Shown piece after piece: positions 51,490 to 64,000 of a stretch of 64,000 nucleotides of DNA. Both the position numbers and the translations under genes were made by a program. The stretch lies in the NCBI GenBank assembly GCA_003427395.1, contig BFEA01000007.1:4050601-4114600 (forward strand). The letters run 5' to 3'. This DNA is from Chara braunii (lineage: Eukaryota; Plantae; Charophyceae). Under the pieces are notes generated by a model, which saw nothing but the letters and a program-made list of their open reading frames with translations, searched no databases and was not told where the DNA came from. Each line of letters starts with the position of its first letter. Positions within the stretch are counted from its first letter, which is position 1.

Positions 51490-51550
<61 letters not shown>

Positions 51551-52612
51551 TAGTGAAAGTCAGACTCGCTTTCATTCACACTTCTAATGCATGCAAACAT
51601 TTGCGCAGCAGACTGGCGACAAGCGCCCACTTAGATCTCAGAGATATGGCAACCGAGAACACAATTTAGATTCAAGTTCACTTCGATGGCTATGGCGACT
51701 CAACGCCCTCACAACTCTCTCTGTTCCCATAAACAAGATCACCCTGGATATCCCACATGAGGTACTCTGAACATACACATACACCACGCTAAACTCTAAC
51801 TACGGCTATGGCGGCTATGGCCGCTACTAACCTATCGCTATGGCTAAACTCTTCTTTCTCACCCACTTCGTCTTCGAGCTCACTGCAGACCACCTCTCAC
51901 GAGTCGCTGTAACAACACTTCCACATGGCTCACGTAGTAATGAATAAATGACTGGGCTCTGCCTTTGATTTCTGCTTTTGCAGCCGATGGTCTGACCCTT
52001 TCCCATGCCCGTAGTGCACACAGTCCCATGCGGTAACAGACAAGTACAGACTTACAGCTGCAGGCCAACAGGCAGCGTCAGACATACAAAACCAACACCG
52101 ACAAACGGACGAACAGTCAGATAGACATACATGAGCATACAAGTAGAAATAAACAGACGGACGACCACACAAATAATCGAGACACATGCGGACAAAATAA
52201 GGAATATCAAGCAGATAGACAAACAAAGAACAAACAAAACACAGACATGACACAAGGAGAGAGAAAGGTGACGTTGATGATGTGAGAACACATACCTGGT
52301 CTTCGCGATGGTCTACATAATCATTATTATTCACATACTTTGACCCTGCTGCTGACGTCAACATTTGCGTTATCGATTCGTGGTCTGGTAATAGTTGTGT
52401 GATGGTAATCTGGGCGCAAAGCTCCAGGAGGAGGCAAGGACTCTGGATTCGTATGCCAGTGGAAGGGAGAATATGCTCACTAGCATTCAGAAACAATGCT
52501 CTGGTCCCCTGTTAATTTAGTATCAATGAAGTTTCGCTTTTCGGATGATATCAAACTTCCTAGCTTCTAAAGTGGTTTTGCAGACTGAAGTCGGTAACTA
52601 CTAATATGAATA

Positions 52613-52680
<68 letters not shown>

Positions 52681-52719
52681 CGTTATTTATATTATTTATA
52701 TTATTATTATTATTATTAC

Positions 52720-52777
<58 letters not shown>

Positions 52778-53451
52778 TGTATTATTATTATTATTATTGA
52801 ATAACATTGTGGATACCAAAACCAGTCTCGTGCCGCCATTAGTGAGGGACGGCCTAAGTGTCTACGAAAAGCCCCTACCTCAGCGATTTCCAAAGTGGTT
52901 CTCAGACAGTTGCTACAGGCTAGTTAGTTGAAGTGCAGCATGGGTCTCACCCTGGGTCTTCTCAGAGGAAGTAGCTGCACCGGGGGGCTAAACCCAGGAC
53001 ATGGGTCGTTGCACCTTGGGCAAGCGCTGCNTGAGGCTGACATGTCACAGAATGGCTGCGGACCGCAGAGAAAGCAGCCTTGACACCACACTCGCGCGCA
53101 GGAGCAGGGTAACGTGTGTTGCAGCCGAACATCGGGGCACTGGTGGGCAATGGCTGGGTATGCAGGGCAGCAAGCATGTGCCCGCACAGCCTTGCAAGCA
53201 AGCTGGGTAACAAGCATACACTCACATGGTTCTAGAGAGTAGGCGTGCTGAGCAGCAAGAGGGAGACTGTACCCAGGACCGTGAGGGGAAAGCAAAAGGG
53301 TAGAAGGAAGTGGAAATGGAGGGAAGACTTCAGACAAGTGGTACATCGATAAGACGTTTTTCCCCTTTCCATTGATTGCTTGCTAATTGAAAAGTTATTC
53401 AAGATACTTGACAGAGTGTTACCGACAATATTATTATTATTATTGTTATTA

Positions 53452-53492
<41 letters not shown>

Positions 53493-54422
53493 TATATTAT
53501 TATTATTATTATTGGTTGTTGTTTCACTATTGAAATATTATGAGATAAGCAAGGGTAAGAGAGGAGGAGAGTGCGGGGCATTGGAGAGAAGAGGGACATC
53601 GTCACCGTGTGACGGAGCCTGCCTCCTCCATCCTCCTTCATTCTCCCTTGATCTAATCCCTTCGTTCACCTTTTCTCCACATTTATCCGAAAATATTATT
53701 ATGATTACCGTTCTTTGTTGATTGAAAACAAAGGTAGCTGGGGCGGTCAGATAGTAAGAGGTGTGAGGCATTGAAGAGGAGAAAGGACATCATCACCGTG
53801 TGTCGGAGCCTGCCTCCTCCATCCTTCTCCATTCTCCCATGATCTGATCCCCTCAATTCCCTATGTTTTCACAAGCTATTCGAAATAGTATGACCTCTCT
53901 GAATTGAAAAAGTCTGCTCTGTGGAAAAGGATGACCAAATAGGCAGGTACAACAGGGCAATTGCGGGAGCTTTGCTGGAGTTCAGGAGGAACTCTGGAGG
54001 CAGGGAACCATGAGGTACACGTCACCTATTCCGTTCCCGTATACCCATAGAAGCTACAACTTTCTACTGGACTGCCTGTATGGGTGTGTGAGATACTGTT
54101 TGTACTTTCTTCATGACTGAAGTGTATCGAAATGAAAAAGGGTATACGATTGAAGTAAGAATCCTGCCTGATGAAAGGAAGGAACCTAGGAGAACCGAGA
54201 AAGAACCTAGTTTGCTTGGGATTGGGAGACAAAGCTGTGTGATGGAGGCTCCCGTGGGGTCGTCACACTACTTGCATGAGCTAACTAAGGTGGATGATGG
54301 CATACTCGACGTGCGAAGTTACCTTGCCATTCATCTGACTAAAGTAACAAATTGATGAAACGTCTGTTTGACTCCAACGCTGGTTACGGAAAGTTGTCGT
54401 GCGGTTTCCTTATTACCTTACA
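48430..54422 (+). mobile_element. Repeat A', ~6.0 kb, LTR-like (TG...CA)
   Basis: Starts TGTCGGAGC and ends CCTTACA. Homologous track ORFs occur on opposite strands, e.g. 14204-14446 vs 54113-54355 and 15941-16534 vs 51930-52496. Confidence 0.7.
49539..49627 (+). ncRNA. Putative Pol III hairpin small RNA (~89 nt), in repeat A'
   Basis: TATATA at 49502-49507. Perfect 12-bp terminal stem GGAGCTAGCTCA/TGAGCTAGCTCC. B box GATCGAATT (one mismatch to consensus). TTTTT at 49623-49627. Confidence 0.6.
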
Positions 54423-55024
54423 GGCTATGTCTAAGAAATAATCTGGTACTCGCGTGGGGTACATGTCTCCAACAACTAATAAAAGCAAAGGAAGTAGGAG
54501 ACTCCCGTGTGGCTCTCCTATTGATGATCTGACCAGACTTGGAAAAGTACTCACTGTGTGAGTACACGAACTCCTAAGTCTGGGACTGTCTGTCCGACTT
54601 CCCGTAGGAGTCGGCATACCTTTTTCTCATTTCGACGCATTGTCATGGTAGATGAACGGTCAGGACAACTTAACTAAGAGTTGTTTTGACTGATCTTCTA
54701 CGCATCAAACTGGTAGTGGCTGACTCCCAGGAGGGTTATCCTAATACTTGTTTGATCTGGGGGTCAACTAACGGGGGGAAGAAAATGAGGTGATTGTGTT
54801 TGGATAGTAGAGGGATACTTCCGGGTGAGTAACCCTACTACTTGTTTGGATATGACTGATGGATGATATGAATAAATGTTAACGATCTATCTATTTAACA
54901 TTAAGTCAAGATATGGGAGACTCCTGTGTGTTCATCCCATTATTTGCTTGGCCTCACCTTAACAAGTCAGGTAAAGATACTCCAGCTAAAGGAGGACCTC
55001 GTGTTTGCTTCAGTTCGCTGACGT

Positions 55025-55685
55025 AGCATCATTTTTCCTTTTCCACTGTTGTTATTATCATTATTATTATTATTATTATTATCTTTATTATCAACTCTCT
55101 TATTTTGATCTCCTCCTTCTGTCGTTTCGTGAGGAGTCAACGATTCGTTTATGAACCTTGAGTGCAAACTGGTGGCCTAGACTGGCCCGGCCTCTCGCTT
55201 ATCAACTTGTCTCTGAACTGTTCGGCTGGGCGCCACACAGTGGGACACCAAAAATGGGGCAACCCGCGGCCGCACCAGTAGGAGACTCATCACCTCCTGT
55301 GAGGGGTCATGAATCCACTCCTTGCCATTGGACACGGATACCCTTCAATAGTAGCCCGGCGGCGGGTTTTGAAAGGGGGAGGACGACCATCGATATCCCG
55401 TTATGGGACCACTGTGTCGAAAATGTCATCGTCGTACGCAAAAAGAAAATGAAAGGACTGTTGGCTGACTATAAAAAGCCTGCATGTGCTACGACCGTTG
55501 GGGTTCAGTTTCTTACTCCTTTTACATTAATTTATTATATTTTATTTCGTTTTAGTGCATTCTATTAATTTTAGAACTATAGGTTACTAACATGCTGAAC
55601 TCCAGAAATTTCCCCATTCATAACACAGGGTTCACGATATGTAACGATCCTATAAAGGATGAGAGAAGGCGAGTCAGGTCTCGTT
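55025..55685 (+). repeat. Repeat C, copy 2, truncated by repeat B'
   Basis: Colinear with 11282-12645 apart from indels. Confidence 0.85.
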
Positions 55686-58600
55686 ACGCCGAATACTGTG
55701 AACTGAGGGGGGAGCATTGAGCGGTAGCGTGAGAGAGAGGGAGTCCGTCTGTGCGCTTGTGCCGAGTGTTAGAACCGAGCTATTTTGGAACCGACAGATA
55801 AGTACCGTATACGTATATTTGGAAACGGGGCAGCTATGGTGCGCAACAGCGGGCTATATGGATATAGGCCAAGATACCTCCAATTCCTTTGGAGGTGGGA
55901 GTGAAGGTCAGGGGAAGGGCCAATAATGACTGTTATTCTGGGCTACAGCCGTTGAATCAGGAGGTCGGGCTGAAAGTGAATTTGGAAGGGGGGAAAGAGG
56001 CGGAAATCATAGCACATCAGGGTTACAAGCGGCCATTACTGAAGCCAAGGACCGGGCAGAGAGAAGGTGCAGACGAGACGGGGTCACGGAAGAAATGAGG
56101 TGACTGTCTTATACTTGGAGGGAGAGACCTCGACTGACACTACAAAGAGGGAACAACTGCACCTGGACTGAGACACGGAAGCTGAGAGTGAGGAGAGTGA
56201 CCGGGAGGTCCGGACCCGGTCCTGGTATGGACTGGACCATTGGCGGCGGGACCACCCACCCGCCGAACCTGTGGAAAGTGGCCCAGAGGCCAACTCGAGA
56301 CGACGAAGGGACCGGAGCTGCTAGACTGAGGAACACGGGTCAACTAGCGAGAACGGTTACGAGAGAGGGAGGGAGATGCGGGCAGGTGCAAGATCAAAGG
56401 GGGGACGTGAGAGAGAGAGCAGCGCCTGCGGGGAAAGAAGTGGGAGTGGAGACGATCGGTGCTTGGAAAAAAAAGGAATATCTTCAGCATTTTCTCCGAT
56501 CAGGAAACATATGCGTATCAACCTGACCTCTATCAAGGAACGCTCCAGCGCATACATACTGACGAAGTGTATACGAGGAAAGCCAACTCGATGGTGACAT
56601 GAGTCAAAAGGGGCTTCGCAAGATCGGGTGAGGCCGTGTCAGGCGGTGGTGGCCAAAGATAGGACCGTTGTGACGGACATAATGTGCGTGACTAGTAGTG
56701 GTTGACGTATATCGTCGACGCAAGGGCCTGCATCGTTTGCGGAGGAGAGAAAGTCACCAACGAGGGTGCGGCAAGTGTGGTTGATCCTCTCCCGCCTCGC
56801 CCACGTCATAGCCTGAACGTCACACTCGCACGAGAAGTACTGCAGCAATCATCGTGTCTTCCTCTTTTCCTAATTTGGATGGGGACCAGATAAAAGGAAG
56901 TGGGTCTTAGACTCTTAGCAAGGGTCTTAGCACGGAGCGCTGTTGGTGACTCTGCTTTGGTTCCTTTATGGAGCCGCCAGGAGAGTTGACAAAGTTTTGC
57001 TAAAAAGGCTATGAACCGTGGGCGCCAATTTGACTGCGAAATGAGAGGGAACGGACGCACCCCTTCTTGTTGACGTCACCTGTTTTTATTAGATGACTTC
57101 GCCTGGCCAAGCTATAGGGGAATCTAGTTATGTGTGCGCTGTGCTGCATATGTATAATTAGCGTGACACTGCATTGGTCATCGTCGACGCAAAATTGATA
57201 AGGAGGTGTGCATGTCGGAGGAGGTCATTACTTCAAGAAAGTGGGATCAAAACAATGCCTGCAAGGGGGGCGTTCAGAAGCAGTAAAGCTAGTGACGATG
57301 AAGATTAAGGGGCAAGCCACGCTACGGCCGTCGGTGAGTATGAGCGAGAAGTGAGAAGGGGATGACCATCTATTTAGGCGACGATGACGTACGCTGATCA
57401 AAGCAGTGTGATCACGTAAGATGGGAGTTTATTTTGGCAGTTGGTGACCTTCGGGGGACGAGCGATTAGAGAGAGAGAGAGGGGCAGTGTTTTTGTTGTT
57501 GACGTTGGCCCTCGACGGTCATATCAAAAGAGAAGGGGCCATAATCAAGAGAGGGAGTACATGAGAAGAGAAGACGAAGTCGTTTTGGGAGTCGTTGAGG
57601 TCAGCTATTAATCATTGCGTCGGTAGCTTATCTGGATGCTGGCTCAGAGTGTCAGGTGCCGGCTAGAGTAAGATCTTGTCGTGCGACTTGGACCGTGGTC
57701 ATGTCCTCTCAGATACGCAGGCAAGAAGAAGGGCTCCGTATTCTCACATGAGATTTTCATGCTTGGCCAGTGTGACGACGACTGCACATATTTTGCGCCC
57801 TGTATTGGCAACCGTCCTGCATCACACCTTCACTAGGACCAAAGCGTGCTGAATTTACAGGGATGTGTATTGGCAGACATCCCCTTTGCCTCCATACTCT
57901 GGTTGTAAAACACCTTTTTGCGCTATTAGGTGATATCAGCTTGTGGTCTGTACACACGCTCGAGGGTTTTTACTTTTTACTAGCCAATGCGCGATTTCTA
58001 ACAAACGGAATTGGGGAGATAATGATTGTAGGTTAGCTGGTTTAATAGTCGAAGTTAGACAAGGGAACAAAGCATGCAAGGTGGACTATGAGCGTTAGTT
58101 GAGGTTCTACGTGGTTTAATCTACACTCGAAGAGGTGCCTTTGCCGCTAATTACAGTCTGAAAAGCAGGTGTGGAGGTCGAGTACCAGCTACGTATACTC
58201 GGGACATGAATTGTTGTAACGGTGTTGGGAGTTAAGGGGATCATTTAGTTGACTATCCTTCCGAATGACTTTAATTGGGCCAGAGAAGCTATCTCATTAT
58301 CCCATTCAGCCCAAGTCTTCCCTTGAAGATTTACTATTAGGGTAAAGGAAACGCTGAGATGAGAATGATTAGTGACTATTAATAATGATGTATTGATGAT
58401 GCATTGAATGACCGTGAATTTCGACAGGGGGAACCTTGTCTCGAGTGGACTCTTCTTCCTGCACGTGGGTTTCGACTGATGCCCTCTCACCTGTTGCAGT
58501 GGGAACTGAACGAACCTGATTGTAAGCTTGCATCATCGCCTCCTAATCAGGGGGTAGGGGGGGCTTAATAAAAATTCCGTTTTGATTATTGGTTTGGAAT

Positions 58601-61106
58601 AAGCAGGCTCCTTATTAAGATAAATCACTTAAGTTTACAACAAGCTTTCACCCCTTAACTGATGAGTAGGCGAAAGTCGGTTTTGGGAAAGATAGCATAC
58701 CTTCTGGCCAAATACTTGTTTGATGGGGATTAGTGAGCCCTTTGTCACAATATGACCATGATCGAAAGAGGGATGAAGAGGTGTGATCGAGAATAATTTT
58801 ACTCAGATACTAACCAAAGAGTGATAGTTGAAGGTGTATGGATCTGATGAATTTTTACGTTGATCATGCTTTGACAGTTGAAACTCTGTCGGGGTTAAAA
58901 CCTATCTCTATGGGGTCAATCCCTTTTTGCGCCAGCCTGTCAGCTTCAACAGTGAGACATGGAAACTTAAAGCAACACTTGCACGAACGTATACGTGTGT
59001 ATTTATTTATACAAAAATGTACAAACTCTCAATCACCGCCTACTGATGGTATATACTCACTAGACCATGAAAATATACTCGCGCATCTATGTAATGCGTG
59101 AGCAGGGCGTAAAGTGAGTAAAGTTCCCCACAAAGTTTGAGTGAGTGATGATGAGGTAGCCTCATCGCGGGCAGCAACTCGTGTTGTGTTAAACGAGGCA
59201 GCACTATGTACTACTTCAGTCAACCAATGAGACTTTCAGTGCTTTGGAGTCATGCCGCCCTCCTCGGCATCTGTTAACGATCTGTGTAGACTTTTTTTTC
59301 TCCGCTACTCAAATAGGCTCCTCTATCATCAATAGTACACCCTGTACGCTATCCTGGTAAGGCCTCCAAATTAAACTGGTGACCGAGTCCGGAAAGCTAC
59401 TAGCTGCCTCAGATACTCGAGGGCCATACGAAGGGCGGGTCATGGCAAGTACAGTGGCTTAGCCTTGTAGCCCGAGTACATCACAAATACACATCGCCGA
59501 TTGGGACAGACTTCATAATAATTCCTAATTATTTGTAGATTCTAAATATATCTAGTCGTTTGAAAATTTTGTCTCATAGCGATTCCCACCGCCTGAAAAC
59601 AGATCATGGTCCGGATTAACTAGGTCAGAACCCGTCGCGACATTTTGGTGAAATCTTGAAATATAGACTTCATGCTTAAGCATCCGAGGTACTGAGTCAA
59701 ATCTGTAGAGTTGAGTAAGGGTTTGTCCCTTACTTGGTTTTGTCACTCCGGGGCTAAATAGTTTTCTCACAAAGAGTGACCTTCCCCATATAGGACTGGT
59801 CGACCGCTTTCGGGTCTGCACTGAGCACATAATACTCAGCTAGCTTCTAGGGGTCTAGGGCCTCTGGGAACCACAAATAGTCCTTGTACTGGAGTCCAAA
59901 CTAGAGCACGTGCTGGATTATGAGCTTAGAGTTTGTCATGCCGAATTGGATCGTGCACTGGTGATGGGTCTGTTTGATCTCTCTACGGACTGAAACATAA
60001 CGAGCCCCGATAATGAATAATCATTGACGAGCCTAGAGAAAATAAGAAAACTCTCACCCGAGCTCGATTCTTATCATTCTATAACGCCTCCAGGGAAAAA
60101 TTATCTCCTATGTTTGTGCAAGTCGACTGTTGGAGACAATTATCCTACTGCTTCCATCGCTTCGTTTGCAGGAGAGCCTAGTTGTTTTACTCAGTTTTGA
60201 TGTAATCTCAAAATCAAATCGGTGCGTGGATACGATTCAGTCGTCTTCAGCCCTTGAAACAATAATGAACACCTCACCAAATCGTCGTCTGGTGGGGTTT
60301 AGCCTGCAGAACAGACCCCATCTTAATGTCTGAACAACCTCAACACTAGAGTTAAGAATACTCAGCAGTTAGCAGATGCTCAAACCAACTTCGACAACCC
60401 CGAGTTAAGAAAATTCCCCTACTTCGTCTGTGAAGCTCACTAAGCATATCGACAGTCTATCCTATCCGCGGGCTAGCTGATTGGAGGCACGACAAAATCA
60501 TGAAGAGGAAAGGGATTCTCGTAATAAAATACAATTTGAGCAGAGACAAGAAGGAGGGATGGAAAAAATGAGCATGTCGGGACATGGTCTTGCATAAATA
60601 GATTCAGAGGGAGCAGCCAGTCCAAATAGTCAAGAAGGAGAAACATATCGAGTATGTATCCTACTTCTATGGCCACAATGACAAGCTGCATAACACTGAT
60701 TCATTTCTAAAGGCGGTGGAGCAGGCAAGGGCAATGCTAAGGTGAACGCAAGCATACTTGGTTTCCTCTCTTGAGATACCCAGCAACGCTTCAAATATTA
60801 AACACCAACCAACAAACAAATAGCTCTTTCGACGTTCCGCAGTTAATTGACCAGTGTTCAGTGACTTATTATCCTAACGTCACCCAATCATTTGAGTCGC
60901 TATAAAGCCTCAATCAGCAGTCAATCAACTTTCAATCAGCAATCAGTCAACAGTCAATCAGTACTCGATTGACATTCATCCGAGATACTCAAAGCTCCCT
61001 GTCATAATCAAGCAGCGATTGGTTGCTCTTTTTTGCCTCATCAAATTTCCAAGCATTACTCTCATAGAAGAGTGGAGAGATCGGTTTCAACAACTAGCAT
61101 CAGCAC

Positions 61107-61796
61107 ATGAGCGCAATCCTGTCATTTTCAATGCAAGAGACTGTCCTAGCCAGTCTCAACAGGATAGCCTCCAACGATGTTTTTCAACATTGGTACGTCA
61201 GTGCAACTGGCTTCAAGCAAGGAGAACTATCTATCTTTGTAGTTTATACTGAGTTCGCAAAAAGTGTTATTCATGATTTAAGGATCTACCTTATGAAAGG
61301 CAAGGGGACTCGTGAGCACTTTGATTCAGTTTGGATCTCAACAGTCAGGTACCTCGAGGAGAAAGAGAGAGAGTTTGACGAGAATGGTACCAAGCTGATC
61401 CGTAGCTTTGGACCCAAACTCTACACTGATTATCCCAGACATCCGGTTCCCTTCCTCCTCACAGACGGCTCATGCTGGAGCGATTTGGTGGATATGACCA
61501 AGAGGTATATTTCTCCTGCAGAGATTGACTATGAGGCAGTGACCGAACCATCCGAGTTCCGGCATCTCAGACGAGGGATCTTCTCTCGGCCATATATTCC
61601 TACTCTATGGAAGAAATTATGTGTTATTATCAACTTTCGTATTATGGGATTAGGATGGGAGTGCTCAGAACTTGCAGACTTCAGGCGGCTCTACATCCAG
61701 ATACCACGGCCTCAAAGGGTACGGAGACTTGGCTCGAAGCACAAGAAACGCACAACAAACTTAGAGATTGAATGTGTGATTCATGTGGATGAGTGA
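61107..61796 (+). CDS. Family-1 copy a' (229 aa, intact): family-1 domain plus C-terminal extension
   Basis: Longest clean ORF in the window. HDLRIYLMKGKGTREHFDSVWISTV...EREFDENG...SFGPKLY...PVPFLLTDGSCWSDLV aligns end to end with copy A at 1886. Confidence 0.75.
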   Translation: MSAILSFSMQETVLASLNRIASNDVFQHWYVSATGFKQGELSIFVVYTEFAKSVIHDLRIYLMKGKGTREHFDSVWISTVRYLEEKEREFDENGTKLIRSFGPKLYTDYPRHPVPFLLTDGSCWSDLVDMTKRYISPAEIDYEAVTEPSEFRHLRRGIFSRPYIPTLWKKLCVIINFRIMGLGWECSELADFRRLYIQIPRPQRVRRLGSKHKKRTTNLEIECVIHVDE

Positions 61797-62599
61797 GGAC
61801 TCTTGACAAGTGTTGGGCATGCTCTCTTTATATGTACTCTCTGAGATTATTATGAGTTCTCATTTTTTCCTAATTTATTTTTGTCATTGTTCAAGTCAGT
61901 TAGCCTTGCGTCGTTAACTCTACCTTTTGCTTGATGTTTATGCTCTTTTATGATTCTGCCATAGTTCTCAAAACTAGAAAAATTGATAAATTTGATGCAT
62001 GTATGACATACCAGAATTTTATGATCATTATTTGCATGATTCTTTGTTGTTCCGAATCAAAATGAAAGATTCATAAGACCAGGGATCGGCGAAGACCGTA
62101 ATTGAAGGGTCTCGCTCGAAGCCGGACGCACACAACAGGAAGGGATTTGCTTTAATTTATATGTTTTATTTATTGCAAACATCATTCAAAATCCTGCGTG
62201 CCAGCCTGTTGGCTTTCTGGTCGCCTGAAGATGCCCGACTAGAAAAAGTGCGACAAAAATGACGCCGTTGCTGGGGACATTAAAAATTTTCGTGTTCGGA
62301 ATGAGCCAGGGTCAGCATCTATTTTGAACTTTGCTTAGGACTTGAGAACTGTTGACAATGTGTGAATTTTCATATTAACTCTGATATCTTGAGTAAGTCA
62401 TTATTTTTATTGGAAGTTCTTAGTTGCTAACTGGGTCTTATTTCTGCATGTGTGAGATACTGCACTGGACTGGAGAATGAGATTGATATTATTCATTGGG
62501 GAGGATCAGGCTTCATCATAAGTATGCCTTAAGCTCTTTACGTCCTTGTAAAACTGAGAAAGAATGGAATGAGTCAAAATTCGGGAGACTCCATCAAGA

Positions 62600-62990
62600 A
62601 TGCTAACTACTGATCCATTGAAAGAGCTCTCAAAGTTAACAATTAAAGGGATATTCCCCTATCAGAATGAGCAATATTCGGTTTATTACTCTGGTAATTC
62701 GATCATCTGTGTAGTGCTAGCTCGCTTCTTTGAGGGAGATATCTATGATATTCGTCCTTATGTCAAGAAGGGAGACTACAACAATGGTGAGGTCTTTAAC
62801 CGGCTATGAGAAATCATTTTTTCATCTATCTATAACAAGAAGACAAAATTGATCAAGCAAAGGAAGAAACTAGAATGGGGGCTAATGTCAGTAACCTATG
62901 AGACAGTTTCAATTCCTTCGATCCCTAACAGTTACTGTGAAGGAAGTAAGCGGCCAATAATCAAACATGGTATTAAAGTGGAAGGAATAA
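62600..62990 (+). pseudogene. Family-1 copy b' (TGG>TGA at 62807)
   Basis: Homologue of 41512-41904. Confidence 0.65.
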
Positions 62991-63256
62991 GTGGGTTGTC
63001 ATAAGAACAAAAGGAATTTCAACAGAGGAAATCGAACAGCGACGATGAGGATTTGGTAGAGGTTCGGGTCCAAGTAAATAGAAAGTTGAGTGTCTCCTAA
63101 GGTTATTGAATGTTTTAAGTAAGAGAGAAGTGTTTTCATATGAAGTTGTCAAATATAAAATGGTCGAGAGTTGATGGGAACAAGAACGATTCCATGTTAT
63201 GACATTCTACTTCATCGAGTTGTACACATATGATATGAGGATCTATATTCCTAAGG
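62991..63256 (+). pseudogene. Family-1 copy c', truncated
   Basis: MTFYFIELYTYDMRIYIPK, then unrelated sequence. Confidence 0.5.
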
Positions 63257-63280
63257 CAGGCATAGTTGGTCTCGTTCACT

Positions 63281-63352
63281 CGAATATAACGCATATGCGT
63301 TGTAAACGAATACAATGCACAGTATGCGTTGTATTCGTTTACAACGCATATC
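63281..63352. repeat. Nested palindrome, related to 10177-10355
   Basis: ATATGCGTTGTAAACGAATACAATGCA / TGCGTTGTATTCGTTTACAACGCATAT arms. The unit AAYATAACGCATATGYGTT recurs at ~10177 and ~10267. Confidence 0.7.
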
Positions 63353-64000
63353 CCTCATGTTCGGGTTTAAACGGTAGCAGCGGGGCACGACGTACACTGG
63401 GTATGCATCCCCCAGTGTCCCCGGTCCGAATCCCCCTTTGTAGGTTTTGCGTTCTGACGCTATGTACACTGGGTACACAGTTCATTCATAGTCTCAGTTT
63501 GAATGTCTTCCTACTCCCCTCAGGCATGAAAGAGGTTGTCCATGACGCACGAGCGTGCAACGTACACCAGACGCTTAGCCGTTGTCCGCCCTCCAAACGG
63601 GAAAGCCTGAAACGATCCACCAGTGGGGCACGCCGTGCACCTCTCCCCCTCTCGCAGAGACTGAATCCTTCGTTATCCCCCAGTAACAGAGGTTGTTGGC
63701 CTCAAGGGAACGCTGACATTGCCACAGTACCAGTATTGTAGAATCCCCGTAGGGGTAGCCGTACCGATTATCGAGTTATCAGACCCAGTAAGCCCAATTT
63801 CAGTAGACTCGGTATTGCCACAACAGATATAGTGGCACCGATGTTTTCGGCACAAGTCCCAATAATGCCACAACAGGTACCGTGGTACCGGTTTTGGGGC
63901 CAACAGACCCAATAAGGTCACAACTATAAACAAAGGAAAACATTATTTCGATAGACTGGAATGGCCTCGATACCCGAAGCTCAAGTCTTCGAATCAACTA

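Larger units (their letters stand above)
55681..63256 (+). mobile_element. Repeat B': second, 3'-truncated copy
   Basis: Colinear with B, e.g. track ORFs 44167-44370 vs 60130-60333. It has an extra ~390 bp near 56010-56400 and ends at a palindrome-rich insertion. Confidence 0.7.

Noticed and set aside
58652-58692. Hammerhead-like CTGATGA-GTAGGC-GAAA (mirror copy near 45815-45850)
   Set aside because: Stem III cannot form beyond one pair (GAAAG...GTC/GTT), stem I is weak, and the cleavage triplet differs between copies.

Overview
Eukaryotic, transposon-saturated draft-assembly window with two N gaps and many (TAA)n, (TTC)n, (CT)n and (CA)n tracts. A U6 fragment with a plant-type 3' sequence points to a green plant. 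The Gypsy RT motifs resemble, from memory only, those of charophyte algae. I recognise no intact host gene. Main content: (1) a decayed Ty3/Gypsy gag-PR-RT-RNaseH-INT on the minus strand (~32.2-38.8 kb), interrupted by small DNA transposons. (2) Directly upstream of that gag (40.2-43.4 kb), in an inverted second copy (61.1-63.3 kb), and in a nucleotide-divergent GC-rich cassette at 1.9-6.0 kb, there are tandem arrays of small paralogous ORFs sharing a ~115-aa domain I cannot assign ('family 1': D-[VIL]-x-[IL]-Y..G....E.F...W...V...P.P...[DE]GS..W). The 1.9-6.0 kb cassette also has four paralogues of a second ~230-250-aa family and is packed virus-style with ATGA stop/start overlaps. (3) Three ~90-nt RNA polymerase III-type hairpin RNA genes (TATA, A box, B box, terminal stem, T run), one followed by a captured U6 3' half. 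(4) A ~160-nt multi-stem motif conserved in three diverged contexts. (5) Two multi-kb inverted repeat pairs. The best candidate for a new system is a family of very large Gypsy-related elements carrying a polycistronic accessory cassette of a novel domain family, possibly together with their own Pol III small RNAs. All protein alignments and identities are by eye, and linkage of the RNA genes to the Gypsy element is inference.
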